This document shows, piece after piece, positions 10,547 to 20,273 of a DNA stretch of 55,551 bases. The notes under the pieces were generated by a model that was not told the DNA's origin, did not search any database, and worked only from the letters and a program-made list of their open reading frames with translations. A program made the position numbers and the translations under genes. The stretch covers positions 1 to 55,551 of the forward strand of contig JANNJO010000045.1 in NCBI GenBank assembly GCA_031395755.1, written 5' to 3'. Source of the stretch: Acidobacteriota bacterium. Lineage in GTDB: Bacteria > Acidobacteriota > Vicinamibacteria > Vicinamibacterales > JAMQPK01. The stretch's first letter is position 1. The number at the start of each line of letters is the position of its first letter.

Positions 10547-11186
10547 CGAAGTCCTGCAGCAGATCTTCGATGGCCTCGCCGACTTCGGCGACCTTGCCAT
10601 CGAAGAGATGGTCGGCGGCATCGATCATCACCAGCTCCTTCGGCCCGGCAAGCTGGCCGTAGAATTTCCTGACCTCTTTGAGCGGAATCAACTCGTCCAT
10701 CTCTCCGTGAATCAGGAAGGTCGGTTTCGCGGCGGCGACGACCGGCGAAAAATCCCGGCGCGTGACAGGCGGTGCGATGCCAATCAAGGCGGTCACTCGC
10801 GGGTCCTGGGCGGCGGCCGTCATGGCCACCCATGCGCCGAACGACATGCCGCCGGCCCACACGCTCGTCGTGCCCGGATAACGGGCGGCCATGAAATCGA
10901 GCGCCGCGAGAAAGTCCTCCTGCTCGCCGGGGCCATCGGCGAACGTGCCGCCGCTTCGGCCCACGCCTCTGAAGTTGAACCGCAACACGGGGCAGTCGAT
11001 CCGCGCCAGCGCCTTGGCGGCGTGGAAGACCGCTTTTGTATGCATCGTACCCCCGGCGGTCGGAAGAGGATGGGCAAGCACGGCGATCGCCCTCGGCGCG
11101 CCCTCGGCTTTCGCGTTAATCAGGCCCTCGAGAAGCCCCGCGGGGCCCGGCCACTCGACAGCGATCGCGCGAATATCGTCAGCCAT
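10539..11186 (-). CDS. Alpha/beta-fold hydrolase
   Basis: [23 protein letters not shown] nucleophile, HGEMDE, ADHLF. Confidence 0.88.
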   Translation of the reverse strand: MADDIRAIAVEWPGPAGLLEGLINAKAEGAPRAIAVLAHPLPTAGGTMHTKAVFHAAKALARIDCPVLRFNFRGVGRSGGTFADGPGEQEDFLAALDFMAARYPGTTSVWAGGMSFGAWVAMTAAAQDPRVTALIGIAPPVTRRDFSPVVAAAKPTFLIHGEMDELIPLKEVRKFYGQLAGPKELVMIDAADHLFDGKVAEVGEAIEDLLQDFDG

Positions 11187-11965
11187 TCAGGAATCTCGAA
11201 ATAATTGCCGCAAATCTTTCGGGCGCCAGCACCGAGCCCAGGTGACCCGTCCCCTCGAACAGCTGGAAGCGCGCCCCGGGAATCAGCGTCAGGTAACGCA
11301 TGGTTTCGTCGCACGGTACCACGAGATCGAGCTCGCGCTCACCGGTGACGACGAGCGTGGGGACCGCGACGGCGGCGCAATCGGCCTCGAAATCCTGGCT
11401 CTCGGCAACGCGGGCTCGACGACTCATGCGGTACGGGATGGCCGGCGCCTTCGCGACGCGCCAGGACGTGGCAGCGGACACGCTGAGCTGTGTCTGCAGC
11501 CCGGGATAGATCGCGCGCAGCTCTCTCCAGTAGCGGCGAACCGCGCCGAGTGCGAACCGCGCCGAGTGCGAACAGGGGGCTGCCGAGCGTTGGCCACCTC
11601 GCGCACCAGGCCAGGTGCGGCTTCAGTTTCCAGCGGGGGCCAGGCGTCGACACGAGAATCAGCCCGCGGACCCGGTGGCTCCTCCTGGCGGCGTACCGAA
11701 GAGCGATGAGGCCTCCGAAGGACACTCCGCAAATGACGGCGTCCGGCACGCCCGCGGCGTCCAGCACGCCGTCGATGTGCTGGACGAACGAATCGAAATC
11801 CGTCCCCTCATCGAACGGCATGTCGACTCCCGGCTCGCCTGGCAGCGACGCCGTGATCACCCTGAATTCTCGAGCCAGCGCATCTATCGTCGGCTGCATC
11901 CACTCCCACCGTCCCTGGATTCCGGGAATGACGAGCAGCGTGGGGCCAGATCCGACATCGAGCAT
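11179..11965 (-). pseudogene. Alpha/beta hydrolase frameshifted by a 16-bp tandem duplication
   Basis: GVSFGG in the 5' frame, ELD and GTGH in the 3' frame; removing one copy of GCGAACCGCGCCGAGT (11536-11567) gives a continuous 256-aa ORF. Confidence 0.85.
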
Positions 11966-11975
11966 TCGCCTTCAC

Positions 11976-14168
11976 CTAGTTTCTCAGCGTCTTTCCCGTT
12001 TTCAGCGTGTACTGGATGCGCTCGAGGGTTTTCTGCTCGCCGCACAGGCTGAGGAACGCCTCGCGCTCGAGATCCAACAATTGATCTTCGCTGACCGTTC
12101 CGCCATGAGGCAAGGTGCCGCCGGCGAGGATCCACGAGAGCTTGCGCCCGATGACGGCATCGTGGTCGGAAATCCGGCCCGCGCGCCACGCGAGATGCAC
12201 CCCGAGATCGAGCGTGGCTCTCGTCGCATCGCCGCCGACAGCAATCGCCGTGCGACGTGCGGGGGGCTGATAGCCGTCCTGTGCGCGCCTGAGCGCCTGC
12301 TGCTTGGCGTCAAACACGAGCCGGTCGCGATTCATCGACCACGCATCCACGTCTCTGAGATATCCGAGGCGGCGGGCGTCAGGCGCCGAGGTCGACGTTT
12401 TCCCGAAGCCGATCGTTTCGAATGCCCGCTCGGCGCCCAGGCGCAGCAGCATCTCCTTGGTTCCCCCACCGGCCGGAATCAGACCGACGCCCGCTTCGAC
12501 CAGGCCCATGTAGCTTTCGGCCGCCGCCTGGACGCGGTCGCCGTGCAGAACGATCTCGCAGCCGCCCCCCAGCGCCAGTCCGAATGGCGCGATGACGACC
12601 GGCACCTCCGAATAGCGCAAGCCGAGGGTCGCGCGCTGGAACCCGCGGATCATGGCGTCGATTTCTTCCCAGTTGCCCTCCTGCGCCTCGAGCAGCAACA
12701 GCATCAGGTTCGCGCCCACCGAAAAGTTCGGGCCCTCGGCGGCCACGACCAGCGCCGAGAAATTCTGCGAAGCCTCGCGCACGCCGCGCTGCAGCATCTC
12801 CAGGGCATCACCACCGATGGCGTTCATCTTCGAGTGCAGCGACACCGCGAGCACCCCGTCTTCCAGATCGATGAGGCTTGCGCCTGCGTTCGAGGCCACG
12901 ACGCGCGAGCGATCGCGCGCCGTTCGAAGCATCTCGAGCTCGACATGGGCCGGGCCGAGGGGCGACGCCCGGAACGTCTTCCCGTCGAGCGCGATCGCGT
13001 CCGACAGCTCGAAAGGACCGAGCGGCCAGCCGTAGCCCCAGTGCATCGCCCGGTCGATGTCGTCTGCGGAGTGCGCGATCTCGGGCGCCACTTCGGCCGC
13101 ATAACGAAGCGCCGGAGGAAGCGTGGACCGCAGAAATTCCCCCACGCGATCGCCTCCGGCGAAGAGCTTGCGCATGCGATCCGGCAAAGGCAGCGACGCG
13201 CTCGCGTCGAGCGACGCCAGCTTGACCGGTTGACGAGGCCGGTACTCCATTTTCTGTGGATCGAGTGCCCAGATCTCCGACTCTCCTGACGGCCCTTTGC
13301 GCCGCTCGTAGAATCCGCGTCCCGATTTCTCGCCGATCCACCCCCGCTTCATCATCTCGTGGACGAACGGCGGAAAGTGGAACTGCGCGCCGCGATCGCC
13401 GGGCAGCCGCGAGGCCAGATCGGCGGCCACGTGCACCAGGATGTCGAGCCCCGCAATGTCGACCGTGCGGAAGGTCGCGCTCTTCGGCCGGCCAATCGCG
13501 GGTCCGGTGATCGCGTCGATGTCCTCCACGCTGTATTGGCCGGTCGCCAGTGCCTCGAAAATCCGAACGAGGCCCTGCATGGCCACGTGGTTCGCGATGA
13601 AGCCCGGTGTGTCCTTCGCGATGACCACGTTCTTGCCCAGCCGGCGGCCGGCGAACTCGCTGACGGCGGCGACCACCGACGGATCGGTGGCCTCAGTCGG
13701 AATAATCTCGAGCAGCGGCAGATACCTGGGCGGGTTGAAGAAATGCGTACCGAGCCAGTGGGACCGGAAATCCGCGCTTCGCCCTTCGGACAGCCCGGCA
13801 ATGGAGAGACCGGATGTGTTCGAGCTGACGATCGAGCCCGGGCGGCGCAGTGCGTCGACGCGTTCGAGCAGCGCGCGTTTCGCGGCAGCCTGCTCGATGA
13901 CGGCTTCGATGATCCAATCGGCTTCGGCAATCCGCTCGAGATCCAGATCGAAGCCGCCTGTGTGAATCCGCTCTACGACGCCGGGGGTGAACAGCGGATC
14001 CGGTTTGAGCTTTTTGGCGCGCTCGAGGCCATCACGCGCCGCCTGATGCGACACATCGAGCAGGTGAACGTGATATCCGGCATTCCCCAGATGCGCCGCG
14101 ATCTGCGCACCCATCGTTCCCGCACCCAGCACCGCCGCCGATCTGATTCTGTGTGGATCCGAAGCCAT
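11976..14168 (-). CDS. fadN: 3-hydroxyacyl-CoA dehydrogenase / enoyl-CoA hydratase fusion (FadN-like)
   Basis: GAGTMG Rossmann motif, SSNTS, HFFNPP, GFIAN, ALGGGCE, VEAGVGLIP, C-terminal TGKTLRN. Confidence 0.92.
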   Translation of the reverse strand: MASDPHRIRSAAVLGAGTMGAQIAAHLGNAGYHVHLLDVSHQAARDGLERAKKLKPDPLFTPGVVERIHTGGFDLDLERIAEADWIIEAVIEQAAAKRALLERVDALRRPGSIVSSNTSGLSIAGLSEGRSADFRSHWLGTHFFNPPRYLPLLEIIPTEATDPSVVAAVSEFAGRRLGKNVVIAKDTPGFIANHVAMQGLVRIFEALATGQYSVEDIDAITGPAIGRPKSATFRTVDIAGLDILVHVAADLASRLPGDRGAQFHFPPFVHEMMKRGWIGEKSGRGFYERRKGPSGESEIWALDPQKMEYRPRQPVKLASLDASASLPLPDRMRKLFAGGDRVGEFLRSTLPPALRYAAEVAPEIAHSADDIDRAMHWGYGWPLGPFELSDAIALDGKTFRASPLGPAHVELEMLRTARDRSRVVASNAGASLIDLEDGVLAVSLHSKMNAIGGDALEMLQRGVREASQNFSALVVAAEGPNFSVGANLMLLLLEAQEGNWEEIDAMIRGFQRATLGLRYSEVPVVIAPFGLALGGGCEIVLHGDRVQAAAESYMGLVEAGVGLIPAGGGTKEMLLRLGAERAFETIGFGKTSTSAPDARRLGYLRDVDAWSMNRDRLVFDAKQQALRRAQDGYQPPARRTAIAVGGDATRATLDLGVHLAWRAGRISDHDAVIGRKLSWILAGGTLPHGGTVSEDQLLDLEREAFLSLCGEQKTLERIQYTLKTGKTLRN

Positions 14169-14176
14169 CCACCGTC

Positions 14177-14185
14177 ATGTTACAC
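14177..14185 (+). promoter_or_regulatory. Candidate extended -10 promoter for the TonB receptor
   Basis: TGTTACACT (TGn-TACACT) upstream of RBS GGAGG and ATG 14224. Confidence 0.4.
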
Positions 14186-14223
14186 TCTCGCCACTCTGCG
14201 GACTCTTATTGGAGGATCGCTCC

Positions 14224-17200
14224 ATGATTCGACGATTTGACCTTTCCCTGGCTGCATTGTGCCTCGCCTTTGCAGCGGAGGCTTCGGCGCAGACGCGCGC
14301 CACGTCCGCGGACCTTGCCGGCATCATCGTCGATCAATCGGCGGCTGTTCTTCCCGGCGCAACGGTGACCGCGCAGAATGCCGACACGAATCACGCGCGA
14401 AGCGCCACGACGGACGAGCGGGGCCATTTCCTGATCCCTGCGCTGCCGCCCGGGACCTACGACGTGCGCGCCGAGTTGACGGGGTTCACGTCCCGGACGC
14501 TTGAGGACGTGGTCCTGACCTTGGGAAGCCTGGTGGACGTGCGGCTCACGCTCAATGTCGCCGGCGGCCAGGAGACCGTGACGGTTGCCGGTGATGCACC
14601 GGTCATCGATTCGCAGAGGACTGTCCTGTCCAGCGTGATCTCGCAGCAGCAGATCGAGCGTCTGCCTATCAACGGACGCAATTTCATCGGATTCGCCCTG
14701 CTGGCTCCTGGCGTGTCGACCGACCGCACGCCCCAGCAGGGTGCGTCGGGTACCTCGGGGCTGACGTTCGCGGGACAGCGCGCCCGCTCGAACAACATCA
14801 CGGTCGACGGCCTCGACAACAACGACGCAACGATCGGGAGCGTGCGCGCCACCTTCAGCCAGGAGGCCGTGCGTGAATTTCAGGTGCTGACGAACTCGTA
14901 CTCCGCGGAATTCGGCAAGGCCTCTGGCGGCGTCGTGAACATCGTCACGAAGAGCGGAACGAATACGACCGCCGGCAACGTGTTCTTCTTTCTCCGCGAC
15001 GGCGCGCTGAATGCGAAAGATCACTTCGAGCGATTCAACCCTGCCGGACAGGCCATCAGCCGAGACAAGGCGCCCTATGCCCAGAAGCAGTTCGGCGCCA
15101 CGCTGGGCGGACCGCTGAAGCGCGACCGGACGTTCTACTTCCTTTCGTTCGAGCGCCTCGACGTGTCCGCGCACAACTTCGTGACGATCGACGATACGAC
15201 CAACGTGACATTTCTGGGGCAGCCGCTAGGCACGCCGGCGGCGATTCTTCGGCGGGCGGGCTTCGCCGTCGAGACCGGGCACGTGCCCTACGACGTCCGG
15301 TCGAACCAGTTTCTCGGCAAGATCGATCATCAGCTGAATACGAACAACTCGGTGACCGCGCGTGTCAACTGGGCAAACGAATTGAACGAGAACATCGAGC
15401 CGTTCGGCGGCAACGTGGCGCGCAGCCGGGGTGGCGTGCTCGACAGCGAAGACCGCATGTTCGCGTTGTCGCATATGTCGATTCGCTCGGCCAGGATGGT
15501 GAACGAAGTCCGATTCCAGGCAGCCAGCCGCGATCAGAACGTGAATTCCCTGGACCCGAAATGCGGGGGACCATGCACGCTGGAGAATCAGGGTGGGCCG
15601 ACGCTGGAAGTCCTCGGCATCGCCAGCGTGGGACGGCAGCGCTTTACGCCGCAGCCGCGCAAGAACGTCCGCTACCAGGTGCTCGACACCCTCAGCTATT
15701 ACACCGGGGCCCACCAGTTCAAGACGGGCGTCGACTTCAACTACATCGAAGCCAGCAAACAGAGCCTCCCGCTGCATTTCGGCGGCCGCTACATCTTCGG
15801 CGCCATTCCGGCGGCGCAGGCGCCGCTTCTCGGGCTGCCGCCGGTCGAGGTGCCCGCGATTGTCGCCGTGCAGCTCGGCATCCCGGGGCGCTACGTCCAG
15901 GGGTACGGCAATTCGGCCGCGCCCTACGACTACAAGGATTTCTCGCTCTTCGCGCAGGATGACTGGCGGATTTCTCAGAGGCTGACCGCGAAGTTCGGCG
16001 TGCGGTACCAGATGCAGTCATGGGATGACATTTCGCACACGGTCGCCGGCTATCCGGCGCCCTACGCATTTCCGAGCGATAAGAACAACGTCGCGCCGAG
16101 GCTTGGCCTCGTCTGGGATCCGACGGGTGACCGCAAGACAACGGTGCACGGCGCCTACGGGCTCTACTACGACAATCTGATTACGGGCATCTTCGGCATT
16201 ACCGAAAGTATCAGCGGGCGGGACCACGTTCGCACCCTCGTGGCGTCAATACCGGTCACGATCGCCGCGTGGAATGCGCCCGGACGCAGGCTGCCCGAGC
16301 CGGCGACGGCCTATCCGAGCCTCGTCATCTCGGTCGATCCGGGGCTCGAGACGCCGTACGCGCATCACGCGGCTGCGGGCGTGGAGCGGGAGCTCCCCGG
16401 TCGCATCTCGCTCGCCGCCGATTTCATGTACGTCCGCGGCTTCAAGCAGCCGACGACGCTCGATTACAACCCGCTCGTGCCGTCGCTCGGCGCGAACAGG
16501 CGGCCGTCTGACACCAACGGTATTCCCGGGTCGTCCGCCTCGGTGCTCCAGTACACGTCGTTCGGCGAAACGTGGTACCGGGGTGTGACGATCGCGGCTT
16601 CTCGCCGGTTCATCGATCGCCATCAACTCCTCGTCAGCTACACGCTGTCGAGAGCCGAAGACAACGGGACCGATTTTCAGAGCGAGTTCGTCGCACAGGA
16701 CAGCGGGCGCGGACGCAATCCGGCCGACCTCGATGGATTGCCGATCGGGTTCGATCCTGATTCGGAAAGAGGGCCGTCGCTGCAGGATCAGCGGCATCGA
16801 TTCGTCGCCAGCGGCATCTATCTGTTCCCGGGCGACGTCGAGCTCTCATCCATCGTGACGATCGGCTCGGGCCGTCCGTACAACATTCTTGCCGGCCTCG
16901 ATTTGAACGGGGACGGGGACGGGGGAGCGACCGATCGTGCCAGGGCGACCGTGTCGGACATCGGCACGTCGGTGCGCCGCAATCACGGAACGCTGCCCAT
17001 GCAGGCGAATCTGGATCTCCGGATTGGACGGCGGTTCCCTGTGGGTGCGTTGACAATCGACGGGATTTTCGAAGTCTTCAACGTCTTCAACCGGTCGAAC
17101 TTCACGGCGGTCAACAACGTGTTCGGCCCCGGCTCGTACCCGAATCAGTCGCTGTCGACGTTCGGGCAGTTCACCCAGGCATCGCCGCCGCGCCAGATTC

Positions 17201-17226
17201 AGCTCGCGATGAAGATCGGGTTTTAA
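14224..17226 (+). CDS. TonB-dependent receptor with carboxypeptidase-regulatory-like N-domain
   Basis: Signal peptide; DQSAAVLPGATVT, LPINGRNF, EFQVLTNSYSAEFG, PRLGLVWD; terminal Phe. Confidence 0.92.
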   Translation: MIRRFDLSLAALCLAFAAEASAQTRATSADLAGIIVDQSAAVLPGATVTAQNADTNHARSATTDERGHFLIPALPPGTYDVRAELTGFTSRTLEDVVLTLGSLVDVRLTLNVAGGQETVTVAGDAPVIDSQRTVLSSVISQQQIERLPINGRNFIGFALLAPGVSTDRTPQQGASGTSGLTFAGQRARSNNITVDGLDNNDATIGSVRATFSQEAVREFQVLTNSYSAEFGKASGGVVNIVTKSGTNTTAGNVFFFLRDGALNAKDHFERFNPAGQAISRDKAPYAQKQFGATLGGPLKRDRTFYFLSFERLDVSAHNFVTIDDTTNVTFLGQPLGTPAAILRRAGFAVETGHVPYDVRSNQFLGKIDHQLNTNNSVTARVNWANELNENIEPFGGNVARSRGGVLDSEDRMFALSHMSIRSARMVNEVRFQAASRDQNVNSLDPKCGGPCTLENQGGPTLEVLGIASVGRQRFTPQPRKNVRYQVLDTLSYYTGAHQFKTGVDFNYIEASKQSLPLHFGGRYIFGAIPAAQAPLLGLPPVEVPAIVAVQLGIPGRYVQGYGNSAAPYDYKDFSLFAQDDWRISQRLTAKFGVRYQMQSWDDISHTVAGYPAPYAFPSDKNNVAPRLGLVWDPTGDRKTTVHGAYGLYYDNLITGIFGITESISGRDHVRTLVASIPVTIAAWNAPGRRLPEPATAYPSLVISVDPGLETPYAHHAAAGVERELPGRISLAADFMYVRGFKQPTTLDYNPLVPSLGANRRPSDTNGIPGSSASVLQYTSFGETWYRGVTIAASRRFIDRHQLLVSYTLSRAEDNGTDFQSEFVAQDSGRGRNPADLDGLPIGFDPDSERGPSLQDQRHRFVASGIYLFPGDVELSSIVTIGSGRPYNILAGLDLNGDGDGGATDRARATVSDIGTSVRRNHGTLPMQANLDLRIGRRFPVGALTIDGIFEVFNVFNRSNFTAVNNVFGPGSYPNQSLSTFGQFTQASPPRQIQLAMKIGF

Positions 17227-17230
17227 CGAA

Positions 17231-17863
17231 TTAATCGACGAGGCCGCTCTGAATGGCGTAATGCATCAGTTCGGCCGTCGTCTTCATCTGCATCTTCTCG
17301 AGCACGCGTGCGCGGTAGGTGCTGATCGTTTTCACGCTCAGCGACAGGCGCGCGGCAATCTGCGTGACGGTGAGGCCGGACGCAATCATGCGCATCACCT
17401 GGTACTCGCGATCGGAGAGGGCGTCGTGCGGCTGGCGCCCACCCGCCGGCTGCTGATGCAGCACGAGCTCGTCGATCAGCGAGGAGTTCCAGTAACGGCG
17501 ACCGGCTATCACCTCGCCGACCGCTTTGACAAGCTCCGTTGGCGCGCTGTCTTTTGTGAGATACCCAGACGCCCCCGCATTCATCGCGCGGCGCGCAAAT
17601 TGGTCGGGAGGATGCATGCTGAGCACGAGCACCCGCAGCGTCGGCTGCTCGCGCCTGAGGTCCTTCAATAAGTCGAGACCGCTCATACCGGGCAGCGTGA
17701 GATCGAGCACCATGACGTCCCATTCGGTGCTGCGCACCTCGGCCAAGCCCTCTTCGGCGGTGGCCGCTTCGCCGACGAGCGCCGGGTGAAACGCGTCTGC
17801 CAGCACCTGCTTGATGCCCTGGCGCATGACCGGGTGATCGTCGACGAGAAGAATCCTTGTCAT
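17231..17863 (-). CDS. NarL/UvrY-family response regulator
   Basis: LVDDH, LDLTLP, GASGYLTK, LuxR-type HTH LSDREYQV...LSVKTISTYR. Confidence 0.93.
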   Translation of the reverse strand: MTRILLVDDHPVMRQGIKQVLADAFHPALVGEAATAEEGLAEVRSTEWDVMVLDLTLPGMSGLDLLKDLRREQPTLRVLVLSMHPPDQFARRAMNAGASGYLTKDSAPTELVKAVGEVIAGRRYWNSSLIDELVLHQQPAGGRQPHDALSDREYQVMRMIASGLTVTQIAARLSLSVKTISTYRARVLEKMQMKTTAELMHYAIQSGLVD

Positions 17864-17885
17864 ATGTGATCCGGGCGCCCCGCCC

Positions 17886-18623
17886 CTACCCCTCGGTATG
17901 CGCCGGCGCTACCGGAACAGTCAGCGTCACTGTGGTTCCGCGGCGCGGCGCGCCTACGATTGTCACCCGTCCGCCGAGCATTCGGGCGCGTTCGGTCATG
18001 CCCAGCAGCCCGATCGATTCCACGCTCGAGAGCTCGGCCTTCGTAATGCCGCGCCCGTTGTCTTTGACGGTCAACGTCAGCCCCTTGCCATGCTCGCGCA
18101 CGCTGATGCGAACGGCGCCGGCGTGCGCATGCCGGACTACGTTCGTGAGCGCTTCTTGAAGGATGCGGTACAAGGCCAGCTGACGCGTCCGATCGCTCAA
18201 CCCCTGCTTGACCTCCCACGTGACCCGGCACCGAATCCCCGTGCGCGCCTGAAACTTCGTCGCCTCCCACTGAATCGCTTCCTTCAACCCGAAGTGATCG
18301 AAGATTGCCGGCCGCAGGTCGGTCGAGATCTGGCGAACCGACTGGATGCTGACTTCGATCAGCCCAATCAGCGACTGCAGTTTGTTAACGAGCTGGATGC
18401 CTGGCTTCGGCTCGCTCCTGCGCAGCTCGTCGACGAGCCACATGAACTCGAGCTTCAAGCTCGTGAGCACCTGGCCGAGCTCGTCATGCAGCTCGCGGGC
18501 GACGCGAGCGCGCTCTTCTTCTCTCGCCAGCTCGAGTCGGAGCGACAGTGACTGCAGGCCGGCGCGGCGTATCGGCCGCTCTGCCTGACGGGCGGGCCGG
18601 GGCCCAGGCCGCCGCCGCTTCAT
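17886..18623 (-). CDS. HisKA_3 histidine kinase, cytoplasmic, no sensor domain
   Basis: H-box ARELHDELGQ, N-box QEALTNVVRHA, G1 DNGRG, G2 GLLGMTER; only about 30 aa before the DHp. Confidence 0.9.
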   Translation of the reverse strand: MKRRRPGPRPARQAERPIRRAGLQSLSLRLELAREEERARVARELHDELGQVLTSLKLEFMWLVDELRRSEPKPGIQLVNKLQSLIGLIEVSIQSVRQISTDLRPAIFDHFGLKEAIQWEATKFQARTGIRCRVTWEVKQGLSDRTRQLALYRILQEALTNVVRHAHAGAVRISVREHGKGLTLTVKDNGRGITKAELSSVESIGLLGMTERARMLGGRVTIVGAPRRGTTVTLTVPVAPAHTEG

Positions 18624-18789
18624 ACCCGGTACGCGATGTCGATGTTCAGCAAGGGGGCAACGACCCGTAAGTATAGCCGCCGTTCAGAAACGATACGCAG
18701 GAAAGGCACTGCGCCGCCGGGAGTCAGAGGAATACCGACAGCCTGCGCTGTTAATCATCAAAGCTGATGGGGCCGATAAGTCACTTGCG

Positions 18790-19776
18790 GTGGTCCCAAC
18801 TACCAAGGAATCCGTCCGGTTTGCCGGTAAGGTCCTCGTTGTGGACGACCTCCCCGCGAACGTCGATCTGCTGAGCAGCATGCTCACGCGCGAAGGGTAC
18901 GAGGTCGTCACGGCGTTCGACGGCGAGCAGGCGCTTCGGATGGTTGAAGACACCCAGCCCGATCTCGTGGTTTTGGATGTGCTGATGCCCGCGCTGAACG
19001 GGTATGAGGTGTGCGAGCGGATGAAACAGAACCCCGCCACGCGCCTCACGCCCGTCGTGCTGATTACGGCGCTGCACGAGCGCGAAGACAAGATTCAAGG
19101 GATCAACGCCGGCGCCGATGATTTTCTGACGAAGCCGGTGGACGTCCATGAGCTCAAGGCACGCGTGCGCTCGCTGGTTCGGTTGAAACGGTACACGGAC
19201 GATTTCGAGTCCGCCGAGTCGGTGATCTTGAGCCTGGCGCTCGTCATCGAGGCGCGCGATGCGTACACCGACGGACACTGCCAGCGCCTGGCGTCCTACG
19301 CCACGGCGCTCGGTTCGTCGCTGGGGCTGAGCGATGAGGATCTCGCGGCGCTGTTCCGCGGAGGGTACCTCCACGACGTCGGAAAGATTGGCATTCCTGA
19401 CTCCATTCTCCTCAAACCCGGTCGCCTGACCCAGGACGAGTACCAGCAGATCAAGGAACATCCGCTCATCGGCGACCGGCTCTGCGGCGAGCTCCGGTCG
19501 CTTCGCCAGGTGCGGCCGATTGTGCGGCATCATCACGAGCGGCTCGACGGCAGCGGCTACCCGGACGGGCTCAAGGGCGATGCGATTCCGCTGCTTGCGC
19601 AGATCATGGGTATCGTGGACGTGTACGACGCCCTCACCACGGCTCGGCCGTACAAGACCGCGGCCTCCTCCGAATTTGCGTGCGATGAGCTGATGAGTGA
19701 GGTGAAGCGCGGATGGCGGCGGACGGACCTCGTCGAGGCATTCATCGCGCTCGACGTGGAGGCGACCCGGCAATGA
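18790..19776 (+). CDS. Response regulator with HD-GYP cyclic-dinucleotide phosphodiesterase domain (RpfG-like)
   Basis: REC (VVDD, LDVLMP, KP) plus LHDVGKIG, HHERLDGSGYP, RPYK. Confidence 0.93.
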   Translation: MVPTTKESVRFAGKVLVVDDLPANVDLLSSMLTREGYEVVTAFDGEQALRMVEDTQPDLVVLDVLMPALNGYEVCERMKQNPATRLTPVVLITALHEREDKIQGINAGADDFLTKPVDVHELKARVRSLVRLKRYTDDFESAESVILSLALVIEARDAYTDGHCQRLASYATALGSSLGLSDEDLAALFRGGYLHDVGKIGIPDSILLKPGRLTQDEYQQIKEHPLIGDRLCGELRSLRQVRPIVRHHHERLDGSGYPDGLKGDAIPLLAQIMGIVDVYDALTTARPYKTAASSEFACDELMSEVKRGWRRTDLVEAFIALDVEATRQ

Positions 19777-20231
19777 TGACCGAGCTCAAGCGCATCGTGC
19801 TGGCCGAGGACAATCAGAACGACGTCGAACTGACCCTCGCCGCACTCGCCGAAATCAACCTTGCGAACGAGGTGGTCGTCCTGCGGGACGGCGCGGAGAC
19901 GCTCGATTATCTGTACCGGCGAAACCGCTACGCGAGCCGGGCGCCGGGCAATCCGGCCGTGCTGCTGCTGGACCTGAAGATGCCCAAGGTCGACGGTCTC
20001 GACGTCCTGCGTACGCTGAAAGCCGACGATGGGCTCAAAACGATCCCGGTGGTGATGTTGACGTCTTCGCGCGAAGAACAGGATCTCGTCCGCAGTTACA
20101 CGCTTGGAGCGAATGCGTATGTCGTGAAGCCCGTGGACTTCCGAGCGTTCAGCGATGCGGTGCGCCAGCTGGGGGCCTTTTGGGGGGTGATCAACGAACC
20201 CCCTCCCGGAGGAGTGACTCAGCGCTCGTAG
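19773..20231 (+). CDS. Single-domain response regulator, Rcp1-like
   Basis: AEDN, LLDLKMPKVDG, LTSS, GANAYVVKPVDF, FW near the C-terminus; ATG overlaps the upstream TGA. Confidence 0.9.
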   Translation: MMTELKRIVLAEDNQNDVELTLAALAEINLANEVVVLRDGAETLDYLYRRNRYASRAPGNPAVLLLDLKMPKVDGLDVLRTLKADDGLKTIPVVMLTSSREEQDLVRSYTLGANAYVVKPVDFRAFSDAVRQLGAFWGVINEPPPGGVTQRS

Positions 20232-20273
20232 CTGAGCGCAATCAATGGCAGGTGTGCTCGACGAGAGGTTCGC

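Noticed and set aside
11490-13289. 599-aa plus-strand ORF
   Set aside because: Antisense shadow of fadN in high-GC DNA; no recognisable motifs
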